60,795 nucleotides of DNA. Source: a virus. Lineage: Duplodnaviria > Caudoviricetes. How positions within the stretch are numbered: the stretch's first letter is position 1; every line of letters begins with the position of its first letter. Positions 47,014 to 56,313 of this stretch are shown here, one piece after another. The notes below the pieces were generated by a model, which was not told the origin of the DNA, did no database searches, and was given only the letters and a program-made list of their open reading frames with translations. The translations under genes were made by a program, and so were the position numbers. The stretch lies in the IMG/VR virus record IMGVR_UViG_3300038318_000336, positions 1 through 60,795 of that record; one strand, written 5' to 3'.

Positions 47014-47570
47014 ATATTCGGGGGGAATTAGATTACTACGAGGCTAACGGTTCAGTGGTGTTTCGTCATGATCTTACTTCCGAGATTCCCTCTTTATTTC
47101 ATAATGCAGATGCTATATATTCAGAGCCAGCATGGAGAGATGGATATGCGAAGTTTATTGAACGAGCTAACGCGGAAACTGATTCAAGCTATTTGGGGTA
47201 TCTTAATTACTTATCTAGCATTGAAAAAACCATCAACAAACTTACAATACCAGCTTATATCCTTATGGGCAAACACATGTTGAAATACATTCATCCAGAC
47301 CAAGTAAAGCCTATAAATCTCCATGGGAACGCTGTGTTAGGAGTGTGGGGAACAGACATTCCGCCCAAAAGCAATGCTCACGATGACGTGCTTAATTTTG
47401 TTGCCAATAACTATGGCTGTGTATTAGATTTTAGTTGCGGCTATGGGAATGTGGCCAAAGCAATGACCCAACGACATAAAAGGTTCGTTTGTTCTGATAT
47501 TAACCCTAAATGTGTTTATTATGTGGCCAAGACTTTTATGGGGTACAATGAAAAGGAGGCGGGGCTGTGA
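46971..47570 (+). CDS. SAM-dependent methyltransferase-like protein
   Basis: VLDFSCGYG...SDIN motif I; IYSEPAW resembles the DPPW catalytic motif. Confidence 0.7.
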   Translation: MRMATYHSALHKELDIRGELDYYEANGSVVFRHDLTSEIPSLFHNADAIYSEPAWRDGYAKFIERANAETDSSYLGYLNYLSSIEKTINKLTIPAYILMGKHMLKYIHPDQVKPINLHGNAVLGVWGTDIPPKSNAHDDVLNFVANNYGCVLDFSCGYGNVAKAMTQRHKRFVCSDINPKCVYYVAKTFMGYNEKEAGL

Positions 47571-48430
47571 CTGAGGGTAAAGTGTTTTTTACAAAGGGTA
47601 GCGCAACACCTCTCGTAAATTCTCTTTTGAGAAAGGTTAATCCGGATAAGTGCTTATGTGTCTATGCCGAAAAAAGCAGAGTGTTTAATAAAGATTTACT
47701 TAGCTTAACTAGTACCGGGGCTAAATTTGTGGAATTCGCCGATTACGGCAAAAATACAAAAGTAGCTTTAATAGATGATGACGAAGCTAGCATTATTGTT
47801 GTTGGACTCTCTGATATGATTAGACCTTCCAATCGGTGTGATATCCGGTTTGAGTATATGTACAATTTTGCGAAAGTCGGGTGCAAATACGTTATTGATC
47901 ATGTCCCTTTTTTGCAGGAGAAGTGGCGCACATGGTATCCGTATGGAGTTATTGACCCGGGAATTTTATTATATCCTCATTCCTATGCCATAGAATCTGC
48001 TTATCGTAATCACCAGGAAGAATTAGCGGAGGATGACCCGCTTGAAATGCCTTGGATTATCGAACGGATTACTCAATACACTGAGATAGATTATAAACAT
48101 TATTTTGATTTTAACGTGGCGTTTGAGGTGCATAAAACCACCGATGAGCAAAAACAAGGATATGAAAAGTTGAGGGAAAAATTATTTAGCTGCAGCACTA
48201 CTCCCACTCCTATTATCCGAGGGTTGTCAAAGTATTGCCAAACAATATTTCCAGAACGAACTCTTTTCATGAACTTGAAGAAGGTTTATAAGTGGGATGG
48301 GGATGTTGTTTTAAAGATGACTGATTTAAAAGTTGACTGGTATCTGCGAAGCGAGATTGAAAGAGTGGTGTCAGAAACCAATCAATTAACGGAGGGGTTA
48401 TATGATATATCTAGAAAAAAACGTTCTTGA
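47567..48430 (+). CDS. hypothetical protein (possibly degenerate helicase-like)
   Basis: 287 aa, overlaps both neighbours. Confidence 0.65.
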   Translation: MTEGKVFFTKGSATPLVNSLLRKVNPDKCLCVYAEKSRVFNKDLLSLTSTGAKFVEFADYGKNTKVALIDDDEASIIVVGLSDMIRPSNRCDIRFEYMYNFAKVGCKYVIDHVPFLQEKWRTWYPYGVIDPGILLYPHSYAIESAYRNHQEELAEDDPLEMPWIIERITQYTEIDYKHYFDFNVAFEVHKTTDEQKQGYEKLREKLFSCSTTPTPIIRGLSKYCQTIFPERTLFMNLKKVYKWDGDVVLKMTDLKVDWYLRSEIERVVSETNQLTEGLYDISRKKRS

Positions 48431-49487
48431 GGCTTCCAAAGAACGAATATCCATGGTTTTTGATGAATTCGAAAATATTTATGTATCTGTGTCTGGGGGA
48501 AAGGATAGCACTGTTTTATATCAATTGGCATTAAATGAAGCAGTAAAACGCGGCCGAAAAATCAATCTTTTCTTTTTGGACCAGGAAGTAGAATATGAAT
48601 CTACCATAAACTTAATGAGAACAATGATGAGTCACCCAAAGGTGAATCCTTTATGGTATCAAGTTCCCTTATACTTGACGAATGCTACGAGCTATAGCAA
48701 CGAGTTCTTATGCGCATGGGGAGAAGGAGAAGAGTGGATCCGTCCAAAAGAAGATATTAGCATTCATTCAATAGATGGCGATTATCCGAAACGATTCTAT
48801 CTATTTTTTGACTGGTTTGAGCAACAACAGCCAGAAGGAAGCGCTTTTCTGATAGGGATAAGAGCTGCGGAAAGTCTGAATCGCTTCCGAGCAGTAACTA
48901 GAAATCCAGGATATAAGGACATAAAATGGAGCACCAAAACAGCTAAAAAAAATTCGTTCAGGTTTCATTCTTTATATGACTGGGGGACAGGAGATATATG
49001 GAAATATATAGACGAACACGATGTTCCTTATAATACAATATACGATAAGATGTTTGCCAATAATTACAGCATCTACAACACTACTATGCGAGTGTCCAAT
49101 CTTGTCCACGAAAAGTCATATTCTTGTCTAACAGACCTCCAAGCACTGGAACCGGAAACCTACGAGAAAGTGGTAAAAAGGCTTCCTAGTACCCACTGCG
49201 CTGCTAAATATGCCAAAGAACCAACCATTTACTCTAGCGATAAGCGACCAGAAGCTTTTAAAACATGGAAAGAATATAGAGATTATTTGCTAGAAACTGC
49301 TCCTATTTCCAAGCAAAGGAAAGATAGGTTTGTTAAGAGATTTGATGGCCAGCCCCAGGACGAATATACGTATCGGCAGCAATGCAAACAGGTTTTAATT
49401 AATGACTGGGAAAACAACATTCCAATCAATATACGCAAAAGGAAGAAAGTGGCTGACAAACTAGCAAGATGGAGGGAAATATTATGA
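48402..49487 (+). CDS. ibrA: PAPS-reductase-like/DUF3440 protein (IbrA family)
   Basis: PP-loop SVSGGKDS, FLDQEVEY, GIRAAESLNR, LYDW...DIW, MRVS. Confidence 0.88.
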   Translation: MIYLEKNVLEASKERISMVFDEFENIYVSVSGGKDSTVLYQLALNEAVKRGRKINLFFLDQEVEYESTINLMRTMMSHPKVNPLWYQVPLYLTNATSYSNEFLCAWGEGEEWIRPKEDISIHSIDGDYPKRFYLFFDWFEQQQPEGSAFLIGIRAAESLNRFRAVTRNPGYKDIKWSTKTAKKNSFRFHSLYDWGTGDIWKYIDEHDVPYNTIYDKMFANNYSIYNTTMRVSNLVHEKSYSCLTDLQALEPETYEKVVKRLPSTHCAAKYAKEPTIYSSDKRPEAFKTWKEYRDYLLETAPISKQRKDRFVKRFDGQPQDEYTYRQQCKQVLINDWENNIPINIRKRKKVADKLARWREIL

Positions 49488-49693
49488 CAACCAGAAACAC
49501 CGACTCTCAACAAAAAGAACCAGAAACTCTTTATGGAATAACTGAATTTGCCAAAGAGCTTGGGTGGTCTCAGCAAAAGGCCCAGGTGTATTACCAACGA
49601 GGCAAATTCCCTGAACCGTTTGCTTTTGCCGGAAATAGGCCTTTTTGGAAGCCAGAGCAGGCCGAAAAGTACAAGGCAAACATGGAGGAATAA
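49484..49693 (+). CDS. small HTH (AlpA/excisionase-like) regulator
   Basis: LYGITEFAKELGWS...RGKFPEP...RPFW. Confidence 0.8.
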   Translation: MTTRNTDSQQKEPETLYGITEFAKELGWSQQKAQVYYQRGKFPEPFAFAGNRPFWKPEQAEKYKANMEE

Positions 49694-49715
49694 AAACAAT
49701 TACTAGAAAATAATG

Positions 49716-49742
49716 AGACCGGGGATTATCCCGGTCTTTTTT
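49716..49742 (+). terminator. terminator ending the 35-49.7 kb operon
   Basis: AGACCGGG-GATTAT-CCCGGTCT + T-run. Confidence 0.85.
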
Positions 49743-50037
49743 ATTTTGTGGGCCAGTAATCCGGTTAATGGAAACTCATTGAAAGTACATCTAATTATGA
49801 TATTCACCTATCATCCTTCGGTATTCTATCAATCTTTAATAAGTTCATTTTAGCTTTACCAGCATATCATTTAACTACAGTAAGACGAAACATTCTGCGA
49901 AGCATTTTGTGAAACATTCTTCGTACTGTTTATATGCCGAAACGCTTTGAAACAATAAAATGCAGTAAATACGTAGCTTTGACCAAGCTTGTTCTGGAAA
50001 TACAAGAGTAACGAAAAAAGGCGGGTGAGCTAAAAGG

Positions 50038-50622
50038 ATGAGAAGAGAGAGAAAGCAAAAAGGAAAACAGAATTTATTTATGGCATGGGTAGTGGTGGTT
50101 GTGTTGCTACTGGTTTTAATGGCTGAACCAGTAGCGGCTTCAAACAAAATAATCAAAACAGGGAATTTAATTATTAAAGGAATCTTTAAAAAACAATCAC
50201 AGAAAGCCGAAAAGCAGCGAAGAGTTGAAAGAGCAAAGCAGTACCAGAGGATTAGGAGAGATCGGCAAGATTGGCAAATTGATTGTTGTGAGCTGCTTAA
50301 AGAGAGAATCAGAAACCTGGAATTAACCATCGATGATATGAAGAAAATTAAGGATTTCATTGATTGGCGGTTGCCAGAGCAATCAATTTTCAAGCAACGA
50401 AAGAAGCCATGTTTCAAGAACATTACTCAGGAGATCGGCTATAAAATCATTTCCGACGAGCTGACTACATTCGATTATCAGCTTATATTTGAGAAAATTA
50501 AGGACCCCGATTATAGACCACACTGGGCGCTGAGTATATGGATTGCACTAGGTGATTATGGGAGAGAAACACTGCAGCCGGCAAAATATGCTGTGCCCAA
50601 TATGTTGCCAGCTGGCTTATAA
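50038..50622 (+). CDS. N-terminally anchored/secreted hypothetical protein
   Basis: basic N-terminus + hydrophobic helix + AEPVAAS. Confidence 0.65.
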   Translation: MRRERKQKGKQNLFMAWVVVVVLLLVLMAEPVAASNKIIKTGNLIIKGIFKKQSQKAEKQRRVERAKQYQRIRRDRQDWQIDCCELLKERIRNLELTIDDMKKIKDFIDWRLPEQSIFKQRKKPCFKNITQEIGYKIISDELTTFDYQLIFEKIKDPDYRPHWALSIWIALGDYGRETLQPAKYAVPNMLPAGL

Positions 50623-50631
50623 AGGGGGGGA

Positions 50632-51957
50632 GTGAGGATTTTAAAATTAAAAAACAATAAGCAGAAGGAAAAAGAAAACTTATGGCTACCTCCCGCCTTA
50701 ACATGGGTTTTCTCTTATATGGCAATTAATTGGACCGGTAGCTGGTGGTATATGTTAATTTTCCCGGCAGGGTTCTTGCCAATTATTTATAACGCTTTAA
50801 AGGCGCGCGAACCAGAAAAAATAAGCAATGTATTAAATGCTTCGGGGGTAAATAAAAAGATTGGTGAAGCGGTTATAGTGCCTCATAAAATTTGGGAACA
50901 AGAAACGGAAACAGGGTACCGGATGGGGTTGAGTGTTCCAATTGGATTATCTAGCAAGGAGTTTCAAAAGCGCGAACAGGTTATCAGTGAAACTTTAGGA
51001 GCAGATGTAAGGTTTTATTATGAAAGACCAGGCCAGGTTACGATGGAGGTAAATACAGAAAAGCTTGGGATTATGTATGGATATGTTCCCATGCAGTTTG
51101 ACCTGCCAACTACAATCCCCGCTGGGCATTCTACAACTGGATTTAAATCAATTTCATTCGGCGAAGGGATATCCTCTCTCTTGGTGGGTGCCCAGAGCAG
51201 GGCCGGGAAATCATCGTTTCTACGTCAAGGAATTACTAACACAATCATTACCACCGACCCCAAAATAATTAGGCTTCATCTAGGGGATCTAAAGTATGGT
51301 GCTGAATTTGGTATGTTTTCAGACTGCTTTCACGTTCAAAGTTATGCAGAAAGAATTACTCAAATTTCCGAAATGATATCCTGGCTAAGATACGAAGCTG
51401 AAAGGCGGTTTAAACTCTTCCGGAAAGTGGGAGTGTTTAAGGTTAATACTTATAATGAGATTGCAGATTCACCAATGCCGTATCATTTTCTAATTATTGA
51501 CGAGCTGGCGAGCTTGATTAGGGAAAAGGACATTTTGCACGATATGGTGGAGTTGTCGAGGCTGTCCGGTGCGGCTGGTATCTATTGCATATTCTCTACA
51601 CAGAATCCAACGGTAGATGTCGCACCAAGTCACTTAAAAGCGAATTGCCAGGCGAGAATGGCTTTCCGGGTGTCGTCGGGGGTAAATAGTATGGTGATAT
51701 TAGATAGGTATGGAGCAGAGGAAATAACGTGCCAGGGGCGGGCAATACTCAAGACCGATGATTTCTACGAGGTGCAGGTACCGTTTCTTAATGAAGCTCA
51801 GTGCAAAAAGCTAATTGAACCGTTCAAGTATAAAGACAAAGATTTAGAGTGTAAAACCACAGCAAAACAGGTGCCGGAAAAAGAACCCACCCATAAACCG
51901 GAGAAACATAAAGGAGTGATTTCCCTTGCTGACTGGCAGAGATTTAAGGATAGTTGA
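50632..51957 (+). CDS. FtsK/SpoIIIE-family ATPase
   Basis: N-terminal TMs, AQSRAGKS Walker A, DLK, IIDELA, STQNP. Confidence 0.9.
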   Translation: MRILKLKNNKQKEKENLWLPPALTWVFSYMAINWTGSWWYMLIFPAGFLPIIYNALKAREPEKISNVLNASGVNKKIGEAVIVPHKIWEQETETGYRMGLSVPIGLSSKEFQKREQVISETLGADVRFYYERPGQVTMEVNTEKLGIMYGYVPMQFDLPTTIPAGHSTTGFKSISFGEGISSLLVGAQSRAGKSSFLRQGITNTIITTDPKIIRLHLGDLKYGAEFGMFSDCFHVQSYAERITQISEMISWLRYEAERRFKLFRKVGVFKVNTYNEIADSPMPYHFLIIDELASLIREKDILHDMVELSRLSGAAGIYCIFSTQNPTVDVAPSHLKANCQARMAFRVSSGVNSMVILDRYGAEEITCQGRAILKTDDFYEVQVPFLNEAQCKKLIEPFKYKDKDLECKTTAKQVPEKEPTHKPEKHKGVISLADWQRFKDS

Positions 51958-52513
51958 GTCGATTAGGCGTTTTGGGGCGTTAGATACCAAGCAGATTACC
52001 GAAATGCATTTTGTAGAATTAAAACCAAACTCTGCCGCTGTCAAAGCTAGGGAGTGTATGAGAAGGATCCGGAAAGAAAAAGACTTAGGAATACAGTATG
52101 AGAAAAGCATGTATAGCGGAAGGCTAGTTTATTATACAAAGAAAGCACAGTTGAGGCACAAACGATTGGTAGCCGACTTCTATTTGCGGTTGCTTAGAGG
52201 TCCAGGAAGAGTGTTAGAATTTGAGACGGAATATACTCTGGGAGGTTCCTGCCGAGCCGATGCATTTGCCGCATATGAAGTGAAAGAACGAGTGAGGTTG
52301 TTTTGCCTAGAGGTTCATATTAGCAACAACAAGCTGGATTTAAGTAAATACGAGAAGGCTTGCTTGAGCCCAGAGTGGATATATCCAGCAATGCCGACAA
52401 TTGTTATAGTCAGTAACTGGAATCATAAATTAAAAAAGTTACAGGGTGGATTGAAAGCGATGCGACTGGGGATAGATTATGAGGGTTGGGAGAAGGCGCT
52501 AGAACTAAAGTAA
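51926..52513 (+). CDS. replication-relaxation family protein
   Basis: wHTH N-terminus then H...ADFY...RADA...FCLEV PD-(D/E)xK-like core; follows FtsK. Confidence 0.8.
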   Translation: MLTGRDLRIVESIRRFGALDTKQITEMHFVELKPNSAAVKARECMRRIRKEKDLGIQYEKSMYSGRLVYYTKKAQLRHKRLVADFYLRLLRGPGRVLEFETEYTLGGSCRADAFAAYEVKERVRLFCLEVHISNNKLDLSKYEKACLSPEWIYPAMPTIVIVSNWNHKLKKLQGGLKAMRLGIDYEGWEKALELK

Positions 52514-52517
52514 GAAC

Positions 52518-52552
52518 AAAAAGAGGATAGCAGTTTTTGCCATCCTCTTTTT
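52518..52552. terminator. bidirectional terminator
   Basis: AAAAAGAGGATAGCA-GTTTT-TGCCATCCTCTTTTT between convergent genes. Confidence 0.8.
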
Positions 52553-52568
52553 GTATTGCCACAACCAT

Positions 52569-54212
52569 TCATCTAATTTCATTAATAGCCATTTTAGCTC
52601 TGCGTTTTACTTCTTCTCTTGTCGTGGTCGTGGATAACGTTAGAATCCCTCCAGGTCCACCATCCTTATCCACGTCCGCCAGAACATTTTTGTTCTGGCG
52701 TTTTTTGTTGCCTCTATTGAGTTTGAACGGGATTTTAAAAATAACTTTAATTTTCTCTGGGTAGAGTATTACCTTGTCCACGTATAAATCAACTATTTTC
52801 CTGCAAGAATTTTGGTCCGCGCGATTTGCTAGCAATTGTTGGTTTTCTTCTAAGAATTTGGTTATGGTCTTTTTATTAAGAGGTGCTGAGCGGCTAGATT
52901 TAATTTCTAACAACCTATCCTCTAATTGTTGCTTCTCTTTAGCCAGCATATTCAAACGTGGCCCCGCTATACCTGCATCTATTTTCCCTGATTCTACAGC
53001 ATTAAAAAGCCTGTCTATCTTGGGAGCGATTTTAACAATGGTTTCTTTGATTTGTTGCGTTTCTTGATTGAGTGAAACATTGCACTCTTCATAAGATTTT
53101 ATAACCCTATCAGCAAGTGTAGATACATTCCCAGTAAACATGTTTTCAATAGCATCTAGAACATGGTTTTCCAAATATTCTTTTTTAATATCTTTATTAT
53201 CACAAGTCTTTTTTTGATTTTTCTTAGTACAATTGTACAGATTATATCTACTTTTTTTATTTCTGCCACCAACTCGGCTGTTCCCTGTATAGGCCCCTCC
53301 ACACTTGCCGCAAAAGGCTTTTCCAGTTAGGAGATAAATTAATCCAGTTTCTTTGCGTACCCTTCGAGCAATGTGTTTCCTTTTCTTCATAATTTCCAGT
53401 ACTTTGTTCCAAGTTTCCATATTAATTATAGCAGGTATGGCGTTCGGTTTCTTTATAACTTTCCCATTGGTAGATGCTGCGGAATACTTGCCGGCTACAT
53501 AGGTCCCGTTATATTTTTCGTTTTTAAGAATATCATGAATGCTGTTTTTGCCAAAGGTTTGTCCCCTTTTGGTCTTAAACCCGCGAGAGTTTAAAGTTCT
53601 AATAATTGTAGTGTAGCCCTCTCCGTCAGCGACCATTCGGAAAATTAGTTTTACAGCTTCAGCTTCTTTCTCATTAATAACGTAATCCCCGTTTTCTGTA
53701 ACATCGTAACCAAGAGGAGGAGTTCCGCCTCGATGTTTTCCTTCTATGGCGTTTTCTTTCATCCCTTTTCTAATTTCTTGAGAAAGGTTAGTGGAATAAT
53801 ATTCAGCCCAGCCGATTAAAAGTTTTTCTAATATGATCCCTTCTGGCCCATCAGGGATTTGCTGTCCGACATAAATAATTTTAATCCCTAATTTACGCAT
53901 GTTATATTTAAATCGTGCAATATCGTAATCGTTTCGTCCAAAGCGATCTAGTTTGTGAAAAAGAACTAAATCCGCTTTCACTTTTTTAGAAACAAGTTCA
54001 CTTAACATTCTTTCAAACTCTGGACGTTCTTCAGTGGCGAAAACAGAAGCTGATTTGGCATCATCTTGATAAGTTTTAACTATATCAATATTCTTTTCTT
54101 TTGCATATTCTTTAATCGCTCTAAATTGAGCAGTGATTGATTCTTCTTTCTGAGTATCACGAGAAAACCGGGCATAAGCTACGGCTGTTAGGCGTTGTGT
54201 TTCTTGTTTCAT
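52569..54212 (-). CDS. int: large serine recombinase (integrase)
   Basis: YARFS, HKLDRFGRN, GGTPPLGYD, Zn ribbon CGKCG..YNC..C, coiled coil. Confidence 0.95.
   Translation of the reverse strand: MKQETQRLTAVAYARFSRDTQKEESITAQFRAIKEYAKEKNIDIVKTYQDDAKSASVFATEERPEFERMLSELVSKKVKADLVLFHKLDRFGRNDYDIARFKYNMRKLGIKIIYVGQQIPDGPEGIILEKLLIGWAEYYSTNLSQEIRKGMKENAIEGKHRGGTPPLGYDVTENGDYVINEKEAEAVKLIFRMVADGEGYTTIIRTLNSRGFKTKRGQTFGKNSIHDILKNEKYNGTYVAGKYSAASTNGKVIKKPNAIPAIINMETWNKVLEIMKKRKHIARRVRKETGLIYLLTGKAFCGKCGGAYTGNSRVGGRNKKSRYNLYNCTKKNQKKTCDNKDIKKEYLENHVLDAIENMFTGNVSTLADRVIKSYEECNVSLNQETQQIKETIVKIAPKIDRLFNAVESGKIDAGIAGPRLNMLAKEKQQLEDRLLEIKSSRSAPLNKKTITKFLEENQQLLANRADQNSCRKIVDLYVDKVILYPEKIKVIFKIPFKLNRGNKKRQNKNVLADVDKDGGPGGILTLSTTTTREEVKRRAKMAINEIR
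52629..52674. other. putative attP site
   Basis: inverted arms CGTGGATAA/TTATCCACG around GAATCCCTCCAGGTCCACCA (tRNA 3'-end-like), inside integrase 3' end. Confidence 0.75.
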
Positions 54213-54236
54213 TTAAACAATTTAACCCCCTTTAAT

Positions 54237-54575
54237 TTATTTCAGTAAATTGTATTTTGGTTTTTTAAACTGCAAAACGGGAAGAATCTTGATTCCTCTC
54301 TGTTCAAAATCGCGTTGAAGATATGACAGACAACAAAAGTCCCGGGATAACCGACTGTAATCGTAAACATAAATAAAATTAGGGGCCAATTCGCCGGAGT
54401 TAATAATTCCAACCATTTTAGAAAATCCTACTCGCGTTCCAACATCGTGAAATTCTTCTATAATTTTCACTTTTTGTTTTTCCGCAAAACTATATATAGC
54501 TTGGAGTTGTCTGTAAATATTTTGGTCGGCCCTTTCTCGTGATGCTGTATAAGCATAAGCAGTGGCGGTTATCAC
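54237..54575 (-). CDS. stand-alone resolvase catalytic-domain homologue, likely inactive
   Basis: YVYDYSRLSRD kept but YAYTAS replaces YxRxS. Confidence 0.75.
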   Translation of the reverse strand: MITATAYAYTASRERADQNIYRQLQAIYSFAEKQKVKIIEEFHDVGTRVGFSKMVGIINSGELAPNFIYVYDYSRLSRDFCCLSYLQRDFEQRGIKILPVLQFKKPKYNLLK

Positions 54576-54590
54576 TTAAAACCACTCTCC

Positions 54591-55202
54591 TTAAAAATCA
54601 CCTTTTATTTGTTTTTGCGTTTCCTGAAATGCTTGTTGTTCCGTTTTTTCTTTTAACATTAATAAAGCTTTGTCTTGAATCAGGATAACTGGCCCATATT
54701 GGCTCTGGTATTTTTCTACCAGGAGAGTAATGATTTTCTCTCCTGAATTCCAGACAACAATTGGTTGGTCTTGCTTCAAAACTTTCGTAAAATCCGGATA
54801 CTTATATTCCTTAACTGGTTCCCCATAGAGCTCAATAAATAATGGTTTTATTCGCTTTAAAAGTATGTGTTTAATGGCCCCATCTACATCTAAAGCGGAA
54901 TAATAACGACTCCAAAGTTTTATTTCATACAACCTGTCTTGATAATATTGCAGAGAGACGTTTGTTTCACGAATATCTTCAAAAACTCCTTTAACGGTAA
55001 AATAACTAGCCGGGAAATCATTTGACTTGTTGATTTCCCCAGTATAATCAAGGTGTTTTACTTTTTCCAGTACTATTTCTTTTGTGTCTCCCAGACAAAG
55101 AGTTTTGTAGTCTCCTTTAATTTCCAAATAATCTGTAGCCATTGCAATTCTACACAAAAGAAATGTTGCTATAAATAAAACCAAGGCAAGCCGTTTCTTC
55201 AT
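54591..55202 (-). CDS. secreted/exported protein in immunity region
   Basis: MKKR + hydrophobic + AMA signal peptide. Confidence 0.75.
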   Translation of the reverse strand: MKKRLALVLFIATFLLCRIAMATDYLEIKGDYKTLCLGDTKEIVLEKVKHLDYTGEINKSNDFPASYFTVKGVFEDIRETNVSLQYYQDRLYEIKLWSRYYSALDVDGAIKHILLKRIKPLFIELYGEPVKEYKYPDFTKVLKQDQPIVVWNSGEKIITLLVEKYQSQYGPVILIQDKALLMLKEKTEQQAFQETQKQIKGDF

Positions 55203-55203
55203 C

Positions 55204-55635
55204 TCAAATTCTCCTTTCTTTTTTGAGCATTCTTAATCTGAATGTAACTATTTCCTCATCAACACAAAAATAATCTTTTAATTGCCATGTTTCCGTTAAT
55301 CCCTTTTTTATAGCATGCTCAATTTTAGTTTCCGGCATAAGATAGTTGGCTGCCCATTTCATGGCGCGATATTCTTCTTTAGAATACAAGAGTTTATCCG
55401 TATAATGAAAAAAGGTTTTTAGAACATTTTGCCCTACAGTAGTGAAATGGTGCCCAAGTTCTTCAGCAAACACTGTCCTAAGGTGGGCGCTATTACGCAA
55501 TAATGTATAAGACAGTCCAATGATTGAGCGTTTTCCAGGGACTGAATAATAAATAGCTTCTACTGGAGGTTCAAAGTTCCAATACTCAATGCCTACTCTG
55601 TTATCTTCAGCAAGCTTGATCATCTCAGCTGGCAT
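55204..55635 (-). CDS. immA: ImmA/IrrE-family metallopeptidase (antirepressor)
   Basis: FAEELGHHFT, EYRAMKWAANYLMP. Confidence 0.85.
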   Translation of the reverse strand: MPAEMIKLAEDNRVGIEYWNFEPPVEAIYYSVPGKRSIIGLSYTLLRNSAHLRTVFAEELGHHFTTVGQNVLKTFFHYTDKLLYSKEEYRAMKWAANYLMPETKIEHAIKKGLTETWQLKDYFCVDEEIVTFRLRMLKKERRI

Positions 55636-55774
55636 TAGACCCCTTCTTTCCTTTTTATGTCGAATATTATAGAAGTAAACAGATAAATAGATAGGTAAAA
55701 ATAAACCTGCTACATAGCTTAACTGGGAAGCGGCATAGCAGGTTCGTTTAAACTATCAAATCCTCCTCCTCTCT

Positions 55775-56152
55775 CTAGTCATCCAAATTATATTTTTTTC
55801 GCAGATAAACAATGAATTCTTCGACACTTTCGCGAGCTTTTGGAGGGAGGTCTGTAAGAAGGTCTTTTGTCTTGTGAGCGGCAATAATTTCTTGACTATA
55901 TTTTGTGTCATCTGTTTTGTAAGGATGTTTTTTTGTGGTTTCCCCTAAAAGGTACGCTTTAGATACATTTAGAGATTGAGCTAATCTTGACAATATTTCG
56001 AAATCCGGTTCCCTACAGCCACGCTCATATCCGGAAATAGCTTGACTGGTGACTTTAACCATTTTTGCTAAATATTCTTGTGTCCATTCTTTTTCTTCAC
56101 GAGCCATTTTTAAGCGTTGCGGAAACAGTTTATTATTATTTAATTCATTCAT
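55775..56152 (-). CDS. CI-like XRE repressor
   Basis: RLKMAREEKEWTQEYLA..VTSQAISGYERG.REPD. Confidence 0.9.
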   Translation of the reverse strand: MNELNNNKLFPQRLKMAREEKEWTQEYLAKMVKVTSQAISGYERGCREPDFEILSRLAQSLNVSKAYLLGETTKKHPYKTDDTKYSQEIIAAHKTKDLLTDLPPKARESVEEFIVYLRKKYNLDD

Positions 56153-56195
56153 GAGAAACCACCTTTCCGAGAAAAGTATAACATAATTAAGCAGG

Positions 56196-56262
56196 CTGTT
56201 GAGTATTTCTCAACAAAAAGTTTAAAAATTACTTGACATAAACGTTCTGTTGAGTATATAAT
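56196..56262. promoter_or_regulatory. lysis/lysogeny switch: operators and rightward promoter
   Basis: TGTTGAG-TATTT-CTCAACA; CTGTTGAGTAT repeated at 56196 and 56247; TTGACA(56233)-18-TATAAT(56257). Confidence 0.75.
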
Positions 56263-56313
56263 TAGTACGCAATAAACACTTTGTTTATTTAGTTTGGGAG
56301 GTGACACTAACCA

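Noticed and set aside
49875-50423. 182-aa minus-strand ORF (likewise 19679-20413 and 27530-28105)
   Set aside because: Antisense shadows of better-supported plus-strand genes.
52629-52674. DnaA boxes (TTATCCACG, 8/9 match) as an origin
   Set aside because: Only two, symmetric around a tRNA-like core within int; better explained as attP arms.
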